From a virus (taxonomy: Duplodnaviria > Heunggongvirae > Uroviricota > Caudoviricetes), in the IMG/VR virus record IMGVR_UViG_3300036790_000265, positions 1-64,000 of that record: a stretch of DNA of 64,000 nucleotides. One strand, given 5' to 3'. A model generated the notes under the pieces. It did not search any database and was not told where the DNA came from. It was given only the letters and a program-made list of their open reading frames with translations. This document shows positions 26,450 through 35,318 of this stretch, one piece after another. How positions within the stretch are numbered: the stretch's first letter is position 1; each line of letters begins with the position of its first letter. The position numbers and the translations under genes are program-made.

Positions 26450-27354
26450 TTCGGGCAGGGGCCGAGGTCCCGGCCGTCGTCTTGGGCTTGGCGACGACGG
26501 CTTGGTTCGTGGCACTCACCGCACCAAGGCGGCCGGGCCGGGCCGGGGAGCGCGAACCGGGTTACCGGGTCCGCGTCGGCTTCGATCGCTGCGCGGCAGT
26601 ACGCGGCGGGATCGTTCGGTTTGCGGCGGCCGAGGATAGTCCGGGCGATCTTCGCGGCGGTGTCAGCGTCGATGCTGCGGCCGGTGGTTTCATCGATCGT
26701 TTCGATGATCGTTTTCAAAATCAGATCATCATCGGTTGAACCGTTCTCGGCGTAATGGCTGGTGTGAGATCTGACTGATGGATCTGTGGATCTTTTAGGT
26801 TCGGATCTGGATCTGGATAGGGCGATTGGCTGGCGATCGGTATGTGACCGCTCGGAGCGATCGGTATCCGATTCACTATCCGATCGCATACCGATAACTG
26901 ACCGATCACTAGCGGGCGGGCAGTACGGACAGTTCGGGTTGGTGTGGCCGTCCGTATGCCACCTGCGGTGGTTGCCCAGCTTCCCGCCGTCCGATTTGGC
27001 TGCTATCGCGTTGGCCTGCGCCGTCGTCGCCTCAGCCTTCGTCGGATGCAACCAGAAGTAGTCGTGGATGACCCACCCGTCCACGTCCACCGGAGCGGGG
27101 CAGTCCGGTGACGGGCATTCGTGCCGGGCGTCATGCCACACCCCGCGTTGTGGTCGCGCGCACTCGGCCGCGAGCTTCGCAGGCTGACGTAGCCGGGGCA
27201 CCACCAGGGCCACGTCGTCGCGTGGGATGACACCATCGGTGCCGTTGGCGCGGCACCAGAAGATCGCGGTCGTGTGCAGGCGGAACGCGGCGTCCGACAG
27301 CCCGGCAACCTTCCGGTTGAACGGGAACTGGTCATCGAACGGGACCCAGGACAT
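26413..27354 (-). CDS. hypothetical protein (possible replication initiator), central low-complexity SDSESDTDRSERS region
   Basis: ORF; contains an AT-richer iteron-like segment at 26700-26900. Confidence 0.45.
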   Translation of the reverse strand: MSWVPFDDQFPFNRKVAGLSDAAFRLHTTAIFWCRANGTDGVIPRDDVALVVPRLRQPAKLAAECARPQRGVWHDARHECPSPDCPAPVDVDGWVIHDYFWLHPTKAEATTAQANAIAAKSDGGKLGNHRRWHTDGHTNPNCPYCPPASDRSVIGMRSDSESDTDRSERSHTDRQPIALSRSRSEPKRSTDPSVRSHTSHYAENGSTDDDLILKTIIETIDETTGRSIDADTAAKIARTILGRRKPNDPAAYCRAAIEADADPVTRFALPGPARPPWCGECHEPSRRRQAQDDGRDLGPCPKCHPSKTKELSA

Positions 27355-27463
27355 GGCCGCTACCAGCCTCCGTTCCGGGTCCGGATCGCGCCGGTCATTG
27401 GTGCTCCGCTCGTGTCAGTGGGTGACCCGGTGGCCCCACCCAGGAGGGCGGGCCACCGGCTGG

Positions 27464-28831
27464 TCAGGCTGGGATCGGGGAGGGCAGGTACTTGTCGATC
27501 CAGGCGAGGCCCTGGCGGCCGAGGACGAGCTGGGCGCGGGTGACCGTGACGTAGGCCAACATCGCGTCCTCACGGGCTACCTCGCCGTTTGAGCCGTCGT
27601 CGTTCGGCTTCGGCTCGCGGAAGTCGCTGGCGACGAGGACCCGCTTCCATTCGCGGCCCTTGGCCTTGTGAGCGGTGGAGACCACCGCATCGGGGTCGTT
27701 CTCCGCGTGGTCTTGGACCTCACCCCAGGTGCGGAACGCGAACAATTCGGGGTGCTGGGTGCCGATACCGGCCTTGAGGTCGATCGCAGCCTCGGCCATC
27801 CGCAGCATCTCGTCGCCGCCACCGACCAGCGCGACCCGGCGGCCCGCGGCGAGTTCGGTCATGACCTGCTCGACGGCTTTTGCGTTGGTGCGGCACAGCA
27901 CGGCGTCAGGGGCGGTCAGGTCGCCGTCCACGACGACAGAGTTCAGCTGCTCGAACCCGGTCACCCGTAGTTCGGCGCCCAGGATGGTGAGCCACTTGTT
28001 GGCCTCGGCGGCGACGGCCGGGCCGAACCGGAACGACTTCGACAGGTGCAGGCGGATGTCGGTGGGGAACTTGTCCATCGCGTCGATCGCGCCCCGCCAC
28101 CCGTAGATCGCCTGGCACGGGTCGCCGACCGCGACGATCTGCGCGGACTGCTGGGCGAGGATCACGGCCAGCACCGCCGGGTTAGCATCCTGCGCCTCGT
28201 CGAACAGGATGAAGTCGTACGGGAGTTGGGGGCTGCTCAGGGACCAGATTTTGAGGTAGACGTCATGGTCGAACTTGAGCTGCCCGTCCAGGCGTACGAG
28301 GTCGTCCCAGGCGCGGCAGGCGTAGGGGTGGATCGCGTCCTGGATCACGCTGCGTTCGCTGGGGGTGTCGAACCCGGGGATGTGCGGGACGTGCTTGAGC
28401 AGAACCTGGGTGTCGGCGCTGTGGCAGAAATTCGAGACGGTTTTGAGGGCGAGGCGGGCGATCTGGTTGGGCTGGATCATGCCTTCGCTGGACACCCGGA
28501 GCGCGTCGTTGATCTTGAGGATGCGGGCGGCCTGGGTGGCCGGGACGCGGGGGCCGTGGAGGCGGGCCCGGTACTTGTGCCCGTAGGCGCGGTAGGCGAT
28601 GGAGTGAGCGGTCGCGCAGAGCGTTCCTGATGGGAATGAGTTGGCCGCGTCGTTGGCGATGGCCCTGTTGTAGGCGAGGTAGAGGCCACGGCGTCGGCCA
28701 GCGGCCTCGGCCAGCATGCGGAGGCTGGTGGTCTTGCCTGATCCGGCCGCAGCAACGATCGTGACCGACAACTCGGCCAGGAACGCATCGCGGATCTTCG
28801 TTTGCTCGCCGGTTGGGGTGGGGGTGCTCAT
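27464..28831 (-). CDS. UvrD/Rep-family SF1 DNA helicase
   Basis: Motifs AAAGSGKT (Walker A), FDEAQD, GDPCQAIYGWRGA, STAHKAKGREW, YVTVTRA. Confidence 0.85.
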   Translation of the reverse strand: MSTPTPTGEQTKIRDAFLAELSVTIVAAAGSGKTTSLRMLAEAAGRRRGLYLAYNRAIANDAANSFPSGTLCATAHSIAYRAYGHKYRARLHGPRVPATQAARILKINDALRVSSEGMIQPNQIARLALKTVSNFCHSADTQVLLKHVPHIPGFDTPSERSVIQDAIHPYACRAWDDLVRLDGQLKFDHDVYLKIWSLSSPQLPYDFILFDEAQDANPAVLAVILAQQSAQIVAVGDPCQAIYGWRGAIDAMDKFPTDIRLHLSKSFRFGPAVAAEANKWLTILGAELRVTGFEQLNSVVVDGDLTAPDAVLCRTNAKAVEQVMTELAAGRRVALVGGGDEMLRMAEAAIDLKAGIGTQHPELFAFRTWGEVQDHAENDPDAVVSTAHKAKGREWKRVLVASDFREPKPNDDGSNGEVAREDAMLAYVTVTRAQLVLGRQGLAWIDKYLPSPIPA

Positions 28832-28854
28832 CTGGTCCTGCCTTCCATGAACCC

Positions 28855-28928
28855 GACGTGGTGTATATACACCACTCTAGTCAGGTGTAGTGACACCATG
28901 CAAGCCGGGAGCATATACACCACGTCGG
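28855..28928. promoter_or_regulatory. operator cluster: perfect GGTGTATATACACC, GGTGTAGTGACACC, and a 15-bp inverted repeat CGACGTGGTGTATAT...ATATACACCACGTCG
   Basis: Read directly; sits in the intergenic region upstream of the helicase gene. Confidence 0.55.
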
Positions 28929-28934
28929 CCCGGA

Positions 28935-29804
28935 TCATGCGGCGACCGCCGCCCGTTGCCCCGTGCGCCGCAACGCAGCCTGGAACGCGTTCTTGCCGAC
29001 CCTCAGCCGTTCCCGGGCCTGATCCCGCGTGTATCCCTGCGCCAGCAGCTCGGCGGCGTCCTCGGCCACGTCAGCCGCCCGGCGGGTGCGCCGGCCTGTC
29101 GGCTTCCAGCCTTCGGCCGGCCCGGCCGAGGGGTCATCGATGGTGTCGTCGTCCCACGCGAGCGGCGGCACCCACCCCCGCGCAGCCGCGTAGTTCCGCG
29201 CGTAGGACATCGCTGTCCGCTCGGCTCGTGTCCGCTGCGGCGGCGGCTGATCCCACAGCCGGTCGTAGAGCTCACGGACAGCTCGTGCCAGGGAGGCGGT
29301 GACGATGCCGCTCCGAACCGATCCACGGAGCCGTTCTTCCGGGCGACCCAGATACGCCGCTAGGACGGACTGGGGGTAGCCGACCGCTACGAGGGCCTGG
29401 ATACGGCGGACGGTACCGGCCGGTTCGACCCGCGCCCGGTAGCCGTAGGCGTTCAGCGTCGGCTTGACCGCGAGGATTCTGGTGGCAGTCTCGACGCGGA
29501 CCCGCTTAGCCGGGCCCATGATGTAGATAAGGCTGGACTGGGATAGTCCGGTCAGGGCGGACAGGCGCCCTTGGCTGATGCCAGCGGCGTCCAAGGCCAG
29601 GACGTGGTCGCGGACTGGTCCCGCGTCCGTGTAGGTGTTCCACCGGCCGTACGCCTTGGCTCGAATCCGCCGGTCCCGGGCGGCAGCCTGAGCGGCCCTG
29701 CACGGATCGCAGCGGCACCCGCGGCCTCGGATCCGGCCCGGTTCGGGGCCCCACGTGTAGCAACCGGTAGTGCCGTGCTGGCGGTAGGTGGGAGGCGCGC
29801 TCAT
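28935..29804 (-). CDS. HTH DNA-binding protein with N-terminal Cys cluster (289 aa)
   Basis: LSALTGLSQSSLIYIMGPAKRVRVETATRIL looks like an HTH; CYTWGP..CRCDPC; long N-terminal Arg/Pro extension rejected as a frame artefact. Confidence 0.45.
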   Translation of the reverse strand: MSAPPTYRQHGTTGCYTWGPEPGRIRGRGCRCDPCRAAQAAARDRRIRAKAYGRWNTYTDAGPVRDHVLALDAAGISQGRLSALTGLSQSSLIYIMGPAKRVRVETATRILAVKPTLNAYGYRARVEPAGTVRRIQALVAVGYPQSVLAAYLGRPEERLRGSVRSGIVTASLARAVRELYDRLWDQPPPQRTRAERTAMSYARNYAAARGWVPPLAWDDDTIDDPSAGPAEGWKPTGRRTRRAADVAEDAAELLAQGYTRDQARERLRVGKNAFQAALRRTGQRAAVAA

Positions 29805-32800
29805 GCGGTGGCCTCCGGGGTGTGGAGTATGGCCCGCAGCCGTGCCCCGATCCACTGGCCGACCTGCGGTGTGACGCCGTTGCCGTATCCGTCGACCTGG
29901 TCCCGCGCGCTGCCCCATACGACGAAGGAGCCTTTGTAGCCGTAGCCGGGGAAGTCGACGTCGAAGCCGCAGCCCCGGCCGACCTCGTGGGGACCCAGCA
30001 TCTTGAAGTACCAGTCCTCGAGTGGCAGGTCCCTGAGGGCTGCGGTGAGCAGCGCGGTAGTGTCGCGGCTGGTGAGCGTGCCGAACGGGTCGCTGACCGG
30101 GTGTGGCGCGGTGGCGTCGCTGCTGCGGCCGTTCTGTTTGAACCAGCCGGAGAACAGCGCCCCCTGCGTGATGGCCGAACCGACCACGGTGCCCAGCGGG
30201 TCGCTGAGCGGGTGGGTCCGGTACTTCGCCTCGTCGATCGAGCCGTTGTTCTTGATGGTGCCGCCCGCCGTGAGCAGGCCGAGCGTTTGACTGGCGGTTA
30301 CCGCAGGCATTGGGTCGGCCGGGCCGACTGGAGCGCTGGCCCGGCGAAGCGGGACAACGCCAGACGACAGGACACCGAGGCCGCCCGAGCCAGCGCCGCC
30401 GACGAGGGTCTGCATGGGCTCGGTCACGCTGCGGCTTGTGCCGTTGGTGCGGTTCGGCAGAATCCGCGCGGTCAGCAGGCCGAGGGTTTCCGAGCCGCCT
30501 TGCGTTGGCAGGGGCTCGTCTGCGCCGCGGGGGGAACCTTGGTAGTTGTCCACGGCAACTGCGATGGGGGGCGTCATCAGGCCTGTGGAGTTGGTTCCGG
30601 TTTGTGCCCACAGCGGCTGGTCGAGGCCGCGTGAGCGGCAGTTCGAGCCGGGCCGTTCGAAGGTGTGCCCGGCGGCGCCCATGATGACGCCAGTCGAGGC
30701 GATGAGGGCGGCCTTTTCGTGGGTGGTCGTCACGGTGTCCATCGGCCGGGTGATGTGCTGGCCGTCGCCGTTGTGACGGTGCGCGGGGACGACCGAGCCA
30801 GTCATGGCGACACCGGCAGTCTGGGATGTCATCGGCTGCCACGGGTGTCCGCCCGGGCCGGTCACGGCCGAAGCGGGCATCAGGACGAGAGGGAACTCGG
30901 CGGCCCGCTGGCGGCACCGTTCGGCACGCTCCATCGTCGAGGCGGCCAGCGGCTTGGCCCGGTCACCGATCCGGGTGCCGAGGTTGGTCAGGTCCAGCGC
31001 GTCCAGCGACGGGGACATGGGGGGGATGACCTCGGCGCGGCACCTCGGGCAGCGGTAGTCGTACTGTTCGCCGTAGCACACCTTCCCTGTGGCCGGGATG
31101 CCTGTACGCCAGGTCCAGACGGCTTCGACGACCTGATCGCAGCGGCTGCACCACGAGGGGGGCCGGTGTTCAAGGTCGGGCTTGGGCAGGCGCCGGTCCC
31201 AGAAGACGCCGAACCACCGGTTCCGGGACTGGGGCACTCCAAAGAACATCGAGTTCAGGTACAGGATCTTGTAGTCGTAATTGAGTTTGGTGAACTGCTT
31301 GAGCCACCAGCGGTAGGTGGAGCCGTCGCCGACCTTCCGCCGGCCGGGGATCGCTGGGCCCCAGGACTGGATCTGGGTGGTGCACTCGACGAGGATCAGC
31401 CGCGGGTGGTGGCGTTCGGCGTAGTGCAGGACGCAGTTATGAACGATCAGCCCATCGGCGACGAAGCTGTGATCCTCCTCCACCTCGATGTCGAAAACCT
31501 GGGCTTGGCGATTCTCGTCAATCACCTCGCGAACGACACCTACACACCGGCCGTTGATCGTGGCGATGGTTGATGTGCGGCGCTGCTGGGCCATCCACTG
31601 CAAGATCCACGCCGGGCGGGTGATGCCGGATCGGCCTTCGATGGTCCACTGCTCAGGCTTCCGGCAGCGGAGCGTCGGCCGGTACCCGAGACCCTGCAGG
31701 AGAAGTTTCATCCCGATCGCGAGTTTCCGGCTGACCGTGGCGCACGATCCTCGCCGACCGCCGAGGCCGGTCGCGCCATCGGCGGACAGATAACCTTCGA
31801 CTAGCGCCTTCCGGTATTCCTCGTCCATGCTCAGCGCCCACGCGGGAATCGTCTTACCGTGGGCTAGTTCGCCGAAGTGCTCCATCAGCCACCGGGCGAA
31901 CGGCCCGCTGCCACGCAGTTCGTAGCGGATTATGGTGGGGTCCTCATGGACCCGCGCAGCGGCCCACATGCCGTCGAGTTCCGCGCGCTCGGCGTGGCCG
32001 CAGCAGATGCCAACCATTACTCCGGACGGAGAGCAATGCCGGATCCATCCGTCGCCGAGCCACCGGCCGACAGTCCACCAGAAGTGATGGTCGTAAGCCC
32101 ACCCGTTAGGAGCAGGCGGAACGGCGCACTCCGGGAATTCGGTCGGCGACTGCCATGCATGGCCAATCAGATCGGCGGCGGCCGTCCAGTCCTCGGCACC
32201 GCTGAACACCCAGCCACGCCGGGTTAGCTCAGATGCCCGGGTCAGGAACTGGTGATCGGCAGTCACCTCGAGGGCGGTGTGCCCACGGCCCTTGACAGTG
32301 ATCACGCGGGAGCGGCGAGACATCGTGGCTGTCACTCGCCGCCACCGGTTCCGATGTGTTAGAACTTCGTCCCCGGCCGCCAGCTCCTCGATGGGGACCA
32401 TGCCACGTCGCGCCACCACGATGGTTCCTGCCGGGAAGCAGTTGGCGGTGGCCCGGTCCCGCTCGGAGCGGGTCACCCGCGCGTCGAAGTCCGGATCGTC
32501 GAGGTCGAACAGTGACAGCCTCTGCTCGTACGCCTTGATCGTGTTCGCCTGGGAATGGTTGACGCAGCTGACACCTGCGACCAAGAGATCGGCGGCGGGC
32601 AGATCGCGAGCGGAGTGGTAATCCGACGAGTCAGGGTCAACGAGGTCTGCGATCCAGTGTTCGGCGTGCGGGTGGTTGGCCTCGTGCACCTCGACTTTGT
32701 ACGCGTTGTGGTTGGCCGCCATGATCGTTGTGAAGCCGGCCATCTCGATGCCGCGAGTCAATCCACCGAAACCGGAGAAAAGATCAACGGCGATCAGGTC

Positions 32801-32857
32801 ATCGTGGGCGAACCTGCGACGGCGAGCGGCCGGCCGGTGCTCAGCAGTTCGCGTCAT
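29801..32857 (-). CDS. C5 DNA cytosine methyltransferase, intein-containing, large multi-TRD variable region
   Basis: Motif I DLFSGFGGLTRG; motif IV region DLLVAGVSCVNHSQA (SC in place of PC); motif VI LILVECT; motif VIII GVPQSRNRWFGVF; RxLxxxExxxMLG...FD..FP; C-terminal GNGVTPQVGQWIG (motif X). Confidence 0.8.
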   Translation of the reverse strand: MTRTAEHRPAARRRRFAHDDLIAVDLFSGFGGLTRGIEMAGFTTIMAANHNAYKVEVHEANHPHAEHWIADLVDPDSSDYHSARDLPAADLLVAGVSCVNHSQANTIKAYEQRLSLFDLDDPDFDARVTRSERDRATANCFPAGTIVVARRGMVPIEELAAGDEVLTHRNRWRRVTATMSRRSRVITVKGRGHTALEVTADHQFLTRASELTRRGWVFSGAEDWTAAADLIGHAWQSPTEFPECAVPPAPNGWAYDHHFWWTVGRWLGDGWIRHCSPSGVMVGICCGHAERAELDGMWAAARVHEDPTIIRYELRGSGPFARWLMEHFGELAHGKTIPAWALSMDEEYRKALVEGYLSADGATGLGGRRGSCATVSRKLAIGMKLLLQGLGYRPTLRCRKPEQWTIEGRSGITRPAWILQWMAQQRRTSTIATINGRCVGVVREVIDENRQAQVFDIEVEEDHSFVADGLIVHNCVLHYAERHHPRLILVECTTQIQSWGPAIPGRRKVGDGSTYRWWLKQFTKLNYDYKILYLNSMFFGVPQSRNRWFGVFWDRRLPKPDLEHRPPSWCSRCDQVVEAVWTWRTGIPATGKVCYGEQYDYRCPRCRAEVIPPMSPSLDALDLTNLGTRIGDRAKPLAASTMERAERCRQRAAEFPLVLMPASAVTGPGGHPWQPMTSQTAGVAMTGSVVPAHRHNGDGQHITRPMDTVTTTHEKAALIASTGVIMGAAGHTFERPGSNCRSRGLDQPLWAQTGTNSTGLMTPPIAVAVDNYQGSPRGADEPLPTQGGSETLGLLTARILPNRTNGTSRSVTEPMQTLVGGAGSGGLGVLSSGVVPLRRASAPVGPADPMPAVTASQTLGLLTAGGTIKNNGSIDEAKYRTHPLSDPLGTVVGSAITQGALFSGWFKQNGRSSDATAPHPVSDPFGTLTSRDTTALLTAALRDLPLEDWYFKMLGPHEVGRGCGFDVDFPGYGYKGSFVVWGSARDQVDGYGNGVTPQVGQWIGARLRAILHTPEATA
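31436..32440 (-). mobile_element. intein (about 335 aa) with LAGLIDADG-type homing-endonuclease motifs, inserted between MTase motifs IV and VI
   Basis: Begins ...ATAN|CFPAGTIVVARRG, ends ...FVADGLIVHN|C; internal WLGDGWI and YLSADGATG blocks. Confidence 0.7.
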
Positions 32858-33516
32858 GCCCGGTCTCCTTTGACCCGGCTGACGCGTGAGTCGGCGGCGT
32901 CGTAGCCGCCGAACGGAGTCCGGTTGGGGACATGCCGGTTACCCGGCGACTCCCGGTGGGTGCGGATCGGGCCACCGGCTTCCAGCCACCCAGGCGGGTA
33001 GACCGCGGTGACCGTCTCGACCCAGTGGGCGAGAGCCTTCGCCCCCTGCCTGCCGGCCGTGTCCCTGGGCAAACTCGCGACGACCGGCAGGTCCCGCCAG
33101 CCGGGCCACGCGTGGTCGAGCCCGGCGGCGGCGGCTTCGCTCTCGTCTCCTACGGGGTCGCCTTCCCAGTTACAGGCCGGATGGAGGCAGCAGCCCCGGT
33201 AGCGCTCGTACCTGCCGATCTCGTGGGTGCAGCCGACAGGCGGGTCGCCCCGGTAGGGGTTGGCGGTGTCTGCGGAGAGGACGGTCACCTGGCATCGGTC
33301 AGTGGGCTTGTCCGGGCAGGTGATGTAGACGGTCCAGGCGTGCGCCCTGGCCGCCGCGCTGCTAGTGCCGTACTCGGCCGCCCACGCTTCCAACTCAGCC
33401 GCCCGGGCGGCCAGGCCACGGGCAGGCGATGCGTACAGGCACGGCGCGGGCTTGTCTTGTTTGGCCAGCTCGAGTGCTTCGAACAGGTCGATCTGGCCGT
33501 CTAGCTGGGCGGTCAT
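32854..33516 (-). CDS. hypothetical protein
   Basis: ORF. Confidence 0.4.
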   Translation of the reverse strand: MTAQLDGQIDLFEALELAKQDKPAPCLYASPARGLAARAAELEAWAAEYGTSSAAARAHAWTVYITCPDKPTDRCQVTVLSADTANPYRGDPPVGCTHEIGRYERYRGCCLHPACNWEGDPVGDESEAAAAGLDHAWPGWRDLPVVASLPRDTAGRQGAKALAHWVETVTAVYPPGWLEAGGPIRTHRESPGNRHVPNRTPFGGYDAADSRVSRVKGDRA

Positions 33517-33640
33517 CGGTTCTCACTCCAGATGTTCGAGGGGCCTGCCGAGCGCTCGTCATCGATCCGGCCCCACTTCCGGTAGGTGCGGACCGCCTGG
33601 ACGACAGCGAGAGCCGCTGCGGCACCGACCAGGTAGCGGG

Positions 33641-33919
33641 TCACTGGGTCGCCGCCGATCCGGCCAGCGCGGCGCGGCCGGCTTCCATCAGTTCGTTGCC
33701 GCGTTTACAACTCGTGGCGTGGAGGATCATGTTGAGCAGGCCGAGTTCGGTGGCGTCCGGGCCGAGGTTGGGCATCGGCGGTGCGGCGCGCATGCCGCGT
33801 AGCTTGCTGCCGACGCCCTTGCGCAGGGTTGAGGCTTCGGCGCCGCACCGGCACCGGATACCAGGGGTGCCGTGCTTGTCGCGGACGATCAGCAGCGGAA
33901 GGACGGTGAAGTCGCTCAC
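33641..33919 (-). CDS. hypothetical protein
   Basis: ORF. Confidence 0.35.
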   Translation of the reverse strand: MSDFTVLPLLIVRDKHGTPGIRCRCGAEASTLRKGVGSKLRGMRAAPPMPNLGPDATELGLLNMILHATSCKRGNELMEAGRAALAGSAATQ

Positions 33920-34410
33920 GGCACCCTCACCGGCCTTGTAGCTGCCGACTTGGCGTGCCGGTCATGCAGCAGGATTGAGCCCGCGCATGCGACGTTCATT
34001 GACTGCGAGACGACCGTCTCGACCTGGGTCAGGTAGTGACACTGGTCGAGTACCGAAACAGGCAGCCCGTGGTCTTCCGCGCCGAGTAGGTAGCACGCCC
34101 GTTCCGGGTGCACGAACGACGCGAGGTGTTCGGCGCGCGGGTCGAGTTCGACGCCGACGAGCGGGCACGACCACGGCAGGTGCGTGACCAGGTCGTCCAA
34201 GTCGGTGAAGTGGAACATCGGGGTGCGCTGCGGGGTGTCGATCGTGTCGCTGGCCTGCCTGGTATAGCGGTGGCCGACCGTGAACACGAACGCGCAGTCG
34301 AACAGGAACGCTGACCGCCACAGCGACCCGACGTTGATCTTGGTCTTCGGATGCCAGATGCCGATCGCGGCGAAGCCCCGGCCAGCTCGGGCGTAGGTGC
34401 GGCGGGTCAC
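33916..34410 (-). CDS. SPOUT-superfamily RNA 2'-O-methyltransferase (SpoU/TrmH/TrmL-like)
   Basis: GFAAIGIWHPKTKINVGSLWRSA (motif 1) and LLGAEDHGLPVSVLDQCHYLTQVETVVSQSMNVACAGSILLHD (motifs 2-3, trefoil-knot SAM site). Confidence 0.7.
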   Translation of the reverse strand: MTRRTYARAGRGFAAIGIWHPKTKINVGSLWRSAFLFDCAFVFTVGHRYTRQASDTIDTPQRTPMFHFTDLDDLVTHLPWSCPLVGVELDPRAEHLASFVHPERACYLLGAEDHGLPVSVLDQCHYLTQVETVVSQSMNVACAGSILLHDRHAKSAATRPVRVP

Positions 34411-35318
34411 GCGGCCTCACCGACCCGGGGGAACTCGCGGATGCGGAGGTCTGCTGGCCAGCGGTCCCAGTCGCCGCCTTTCGGACCCGCGTCGAACTCG
34501 CGGCCGAGGACCCGGCCCATCTGCTTAACGAACACGGGCGTGCCGGTGACCTGGCACTCCTCGACGATCCACCGCGCCCAGTTCGGCCGCATCTCCCGGG
34601 CGCCTGGTCCTGACTCGCCGCCGACGATCACCCAGTCCAGCGTCGGCCCAGGTTCGGCCCACGGTTCGGCCAGGTTGACGCGGGGCCCGCCACCGAGCGG
34701 TGGCAGCCACTCGCCCGGCCGGAACCCGATCGGGCCGAGCAACGGTTCGGCGCTGACCCCGCGCACCGCGGCGGGGGTGGCGAGCAACGCGGGGATCCGA
34801 ATGTCGGCCCACTTCTGGTTTTCGGCCGAGACGAGCAGCCAAACGTTCGGCAGTGGCCATCCTGGCCAGGAGCGGGAGTCACCAGGGATGTTCCGGTCAA
34901 GCAGCCAGTACAGGTAAGCGGCCTTGATGAAGGAATCCTGGTTGAGCAGGCTCCGCATCCGGCCGTGCCGTTTGGTCAGCACGATGAAGATGTGTTGCGG
35001 GCAGGCGGCCATCACCGCGAACACGCGGGCGATGAACCGCCAGTCGATCTGGTCGTGGAACAGGTCGCTCATCGAGTTGACGAAGATGCCCCGGGGCTGC
35101 GTCCACCGGAGCGGGATAGTCAGTCGGTCGGGCCACAACCGGACGTCGAACCCTTGCTCGAAGTGGTGGCCGGGGGTTCCGCGCCACCGCTCAGCGAACG
35201 TCTTTGCGTAACAGTTGTCACAGCCCTCGGAAGTCTCTTTGCAGCCGGTTGCCGGGTTCCATGTCGCTCCGGTACGGCCGGGGAGGCTGGTCCATTCGAT
35301 CTTGCTCTTATCCGCCAC
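34407..35318 (-). CDS. phage Gp37/Gp68-family protein (PF07505/DUF5131-like) with N-terminal Cys cluster
   Basis: TGCKETSEGCDNCYAKTF...; size and pattern typical of the actinophage Gp37Gp68 family. Confidence 0.55.
   Translation of the reverse strand: MADKSKIEWTSLPGRTGATWNPATGCKETSEGCDNCYAKTFAERWRGTPGHHFEQGFDVRLWPDRLTIPLRWTQPRGIFVNSMSDLFHDQIDWRFIARVFAVMAACPQHIFIVLTKRHGRMRSLLNQDSFIKAAYLYWLLDRNIPGDSRSWPGWPLPNVWLLVSAENQKWADIRIPALLATPAAVRGVSAEPLLGPIGFRPGEWLPPLGGGPRVNLAEPWAEPGPTLDWVIVGGESGPGAREMRPNWARWIVEECQVTGTPVFVKQMGRVLGREFDAGPKGGDWDRWPADLRIREFPRVGEAA

Noticed and set aside
28935-30917. 660-aa ORF with an Arg/Pro-rich N-terminal 370 aa
   Set aside because: High-GC frame artefact. It overlaps the antisense strand of the MTase gene and has no coding periodicity or motifs. 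The real gene is the C-terminal 289 aa (28935-29804), starting at an ATGA overlap.
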